Source: Candidatus Poseidoniaceae archaeon (GTDB taxonomy: Archaea; Thermoplasmatota; Poseidoniia; Poseidoniales; Poseidoniaceae). From it: a stretch of DNA of 64,000 nt. The stretch covers positions 4,209 through 68,208 of the forward strand of contig JBMZIJ010000005.1 in the NCBI GenBank assembly GCA_049616955.1, read 5' to 3'. Positions 63,096 through 64,000 of the stretch are shown in pieces. Below the pieces are notes generated by a model. It worked only from the letters and a program-made list of their open reading frames with translations. It searched no databases and had not been told where the DNA came from. Every line of letters begins with the position of its first letter. Within the stretch, counting starts at the first letter, position 1. A program made the translations under genes and the position numbers.

Positions 63096-64000
63096 GGCAA
63101 TGCTTGGCCACTTGAGGCGAGAAGCAAACCAAGGAATGGTGGGCTTGGACGACCAGGTCGAGACTTGAATTCTGGGTGATACTGAACACCAACATAGTAT
63201 GGATGTCCGTCAAGTTCGAAGATTTCACAACGCTGCCCACTGTCGTCCTTTCCAACGAATTTCAGACCAGCTGCTTCGATTTGATCAACGAGATCAGGAT
63301 TGATTTCGTAGCGATGTCGGTGACGTTCGTGAACTGCGTCATGACCTCCATAGAGCCGCTTTGTGACGCAGTCATCAACCTGGAAAATGGTTGGCCGGGA
63401 ACCAAGGCGCATCGTTCCACCAAGATGCGTCTTTGAAATTTCTGGCATGAAGATGACTGCAGGGTTGGCAGCATCGGCATCGAATTCGGTGGATGTCGCA
63501 TTTTTGATGCCGAGTACATTTCGGCAAAATTCGATGGTTGCGACCTGTAATCCAAGACAAATACCGAGGTAGGGTACGTTGTTTTCCCGGGCATATTGTG
63601 CTGCAAGAATCTTTCCTTCGATACCTCGGTCGCCAAAGCCACCTGGAACCAGAATGCCGTTTGCATGACGAAGCAAATCCCAAGCCTCGTTGTTGTTTGA
63701 ATCCTCGAGATCACTTGCTTCGATCCAATCGATGTTGAGTTTACGCTCAACAGCAAGGGCGGCATGCTGCAAGGACTTGATGACGGAGAGATAGGCATCG
63801 GAGAGGTCGGTGTACTTACCTACCATGGCAATACTGACTTCTTCTGTGAGTTCATCGAGACGATGAGCCATGGCTCGCCATTCATCGAGGAGACCTGTTT
63901 TGTCACAATCGATCTCAAGGATGTTGCAGAACCCTTGTTCTTCAAGCATTAAGGGGACATGGTAGATGTTCGGAACATCATGTGTGGAAAACACAGCCTC
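63092..64000 (-). CDS. pyrG: CTP synthase, C-terminal part incl. glutamine amidotransferase domain (5' end beyond window)
   Basis: [11 protein letters not shown] (catalytic Cys), [16 protein letters not shown]. The frame remains open to the window edge. Confidence 0.9.
   Translation of the reverse strand, partial: EAVFSTHDVPNIYHVPLMLEEQGFCNILEIDCDKTGLLDEWRAMAHRLDELTEEVSIAMVGKYTDLSDAYLSVIKSLQHAALAVERKLNIDWIEASDLEDSNNNEAWDLLRHANGILVPGGFGDRGIEGKILAAQYARENNVPYLGICLGLQVATIEFCRNVLGIKNATSTEFDADAANPAVIFMPEISKTHLGGTMRLGSRPTIFQVDDCVTKRLYGGHDAVHERHRHRYEINPDLVDQIEAAGLKFVGKDDSGQRCEIFELDGHPYYVGVQYHPEFKSRPGRPSPPFLGLLLASSGQALP

Noticed and set aside
1-64000. Search for integrases, transposases, inverted terminal repeats or prophage/plasmid modules
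   Set aside because: No ORF shows recombinase or transposase motifs, and no long direct or inverted repeats were noticed by eye. The window reads as core chromosome with lineage-specific surface and membrane genes.

Overview
Very gene-dense archaeal chromosome segment. The longest non-coding gap is 249 nt, and many neighbouring genes abut or overlap. Gene content fits a marine heterotrophic Thermoplasmatota (Marine Group II/III-like) genome. Archaeal markers: MC1 chromatin protein, Hjc-like resolvase, DacZ-type diadenylate cyclase, Cdc48/VAT, a presenilin-type intramembrane protease, Sec11-type signal peptidase, PyrB/PyrI and TtuA/NcsA. Respiratory and catabolic modules: methylcrotonyl-CoA carboxylase with a crotonase, SdhCAB and an aldehyde dehydrogenase. 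Housekeeping genes: serS, thrS, folC, dCMP deaminase, Lhr helicase and pyrG. Two giant (about 1,700 aa) sequon-rich surface proteins are also present. I found no rRNA, tRNA, CRISPR array, transposase or integrase. Many starts are preceded by GGTGA/GAGGT Shine-Dalgarno-like boxes, which I used to choose start codons. Best candidates for undescribed biology: (1) a minus-strand operon at 48586-52337 encoding a Roadblock/LC7 protein, a 1,044-aa Roadblock-containing coiled-coil giant and a 78-aa two-TM protein, with no GTPase partner; (2) a DUF4350-DUF58-polytopic membrane module lacking MoxR, downstream of Cdc48 and a PRC-barrel protein (44178-48585); (3) a presenilin homologue with a ~380-aa ectodomain inserted between TM3 and TM4 (8575-10731); (4) a translationally linked macro-domain/DacZ pair flanked by two resolvase-fold nucleases and a YD-repeat lipoprotein (24369-28403); (5) a convergent pair of large membrane plus helical-repeat proteins (55055-59425); (6) a CAATTG-N14-CAATTG motif shared by two distant intergenic regions; (7) six convergent gene pairs whose stop codons are exactly back to back. 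All family assignments come from motif recognition by eye and need profile searches to confirm.
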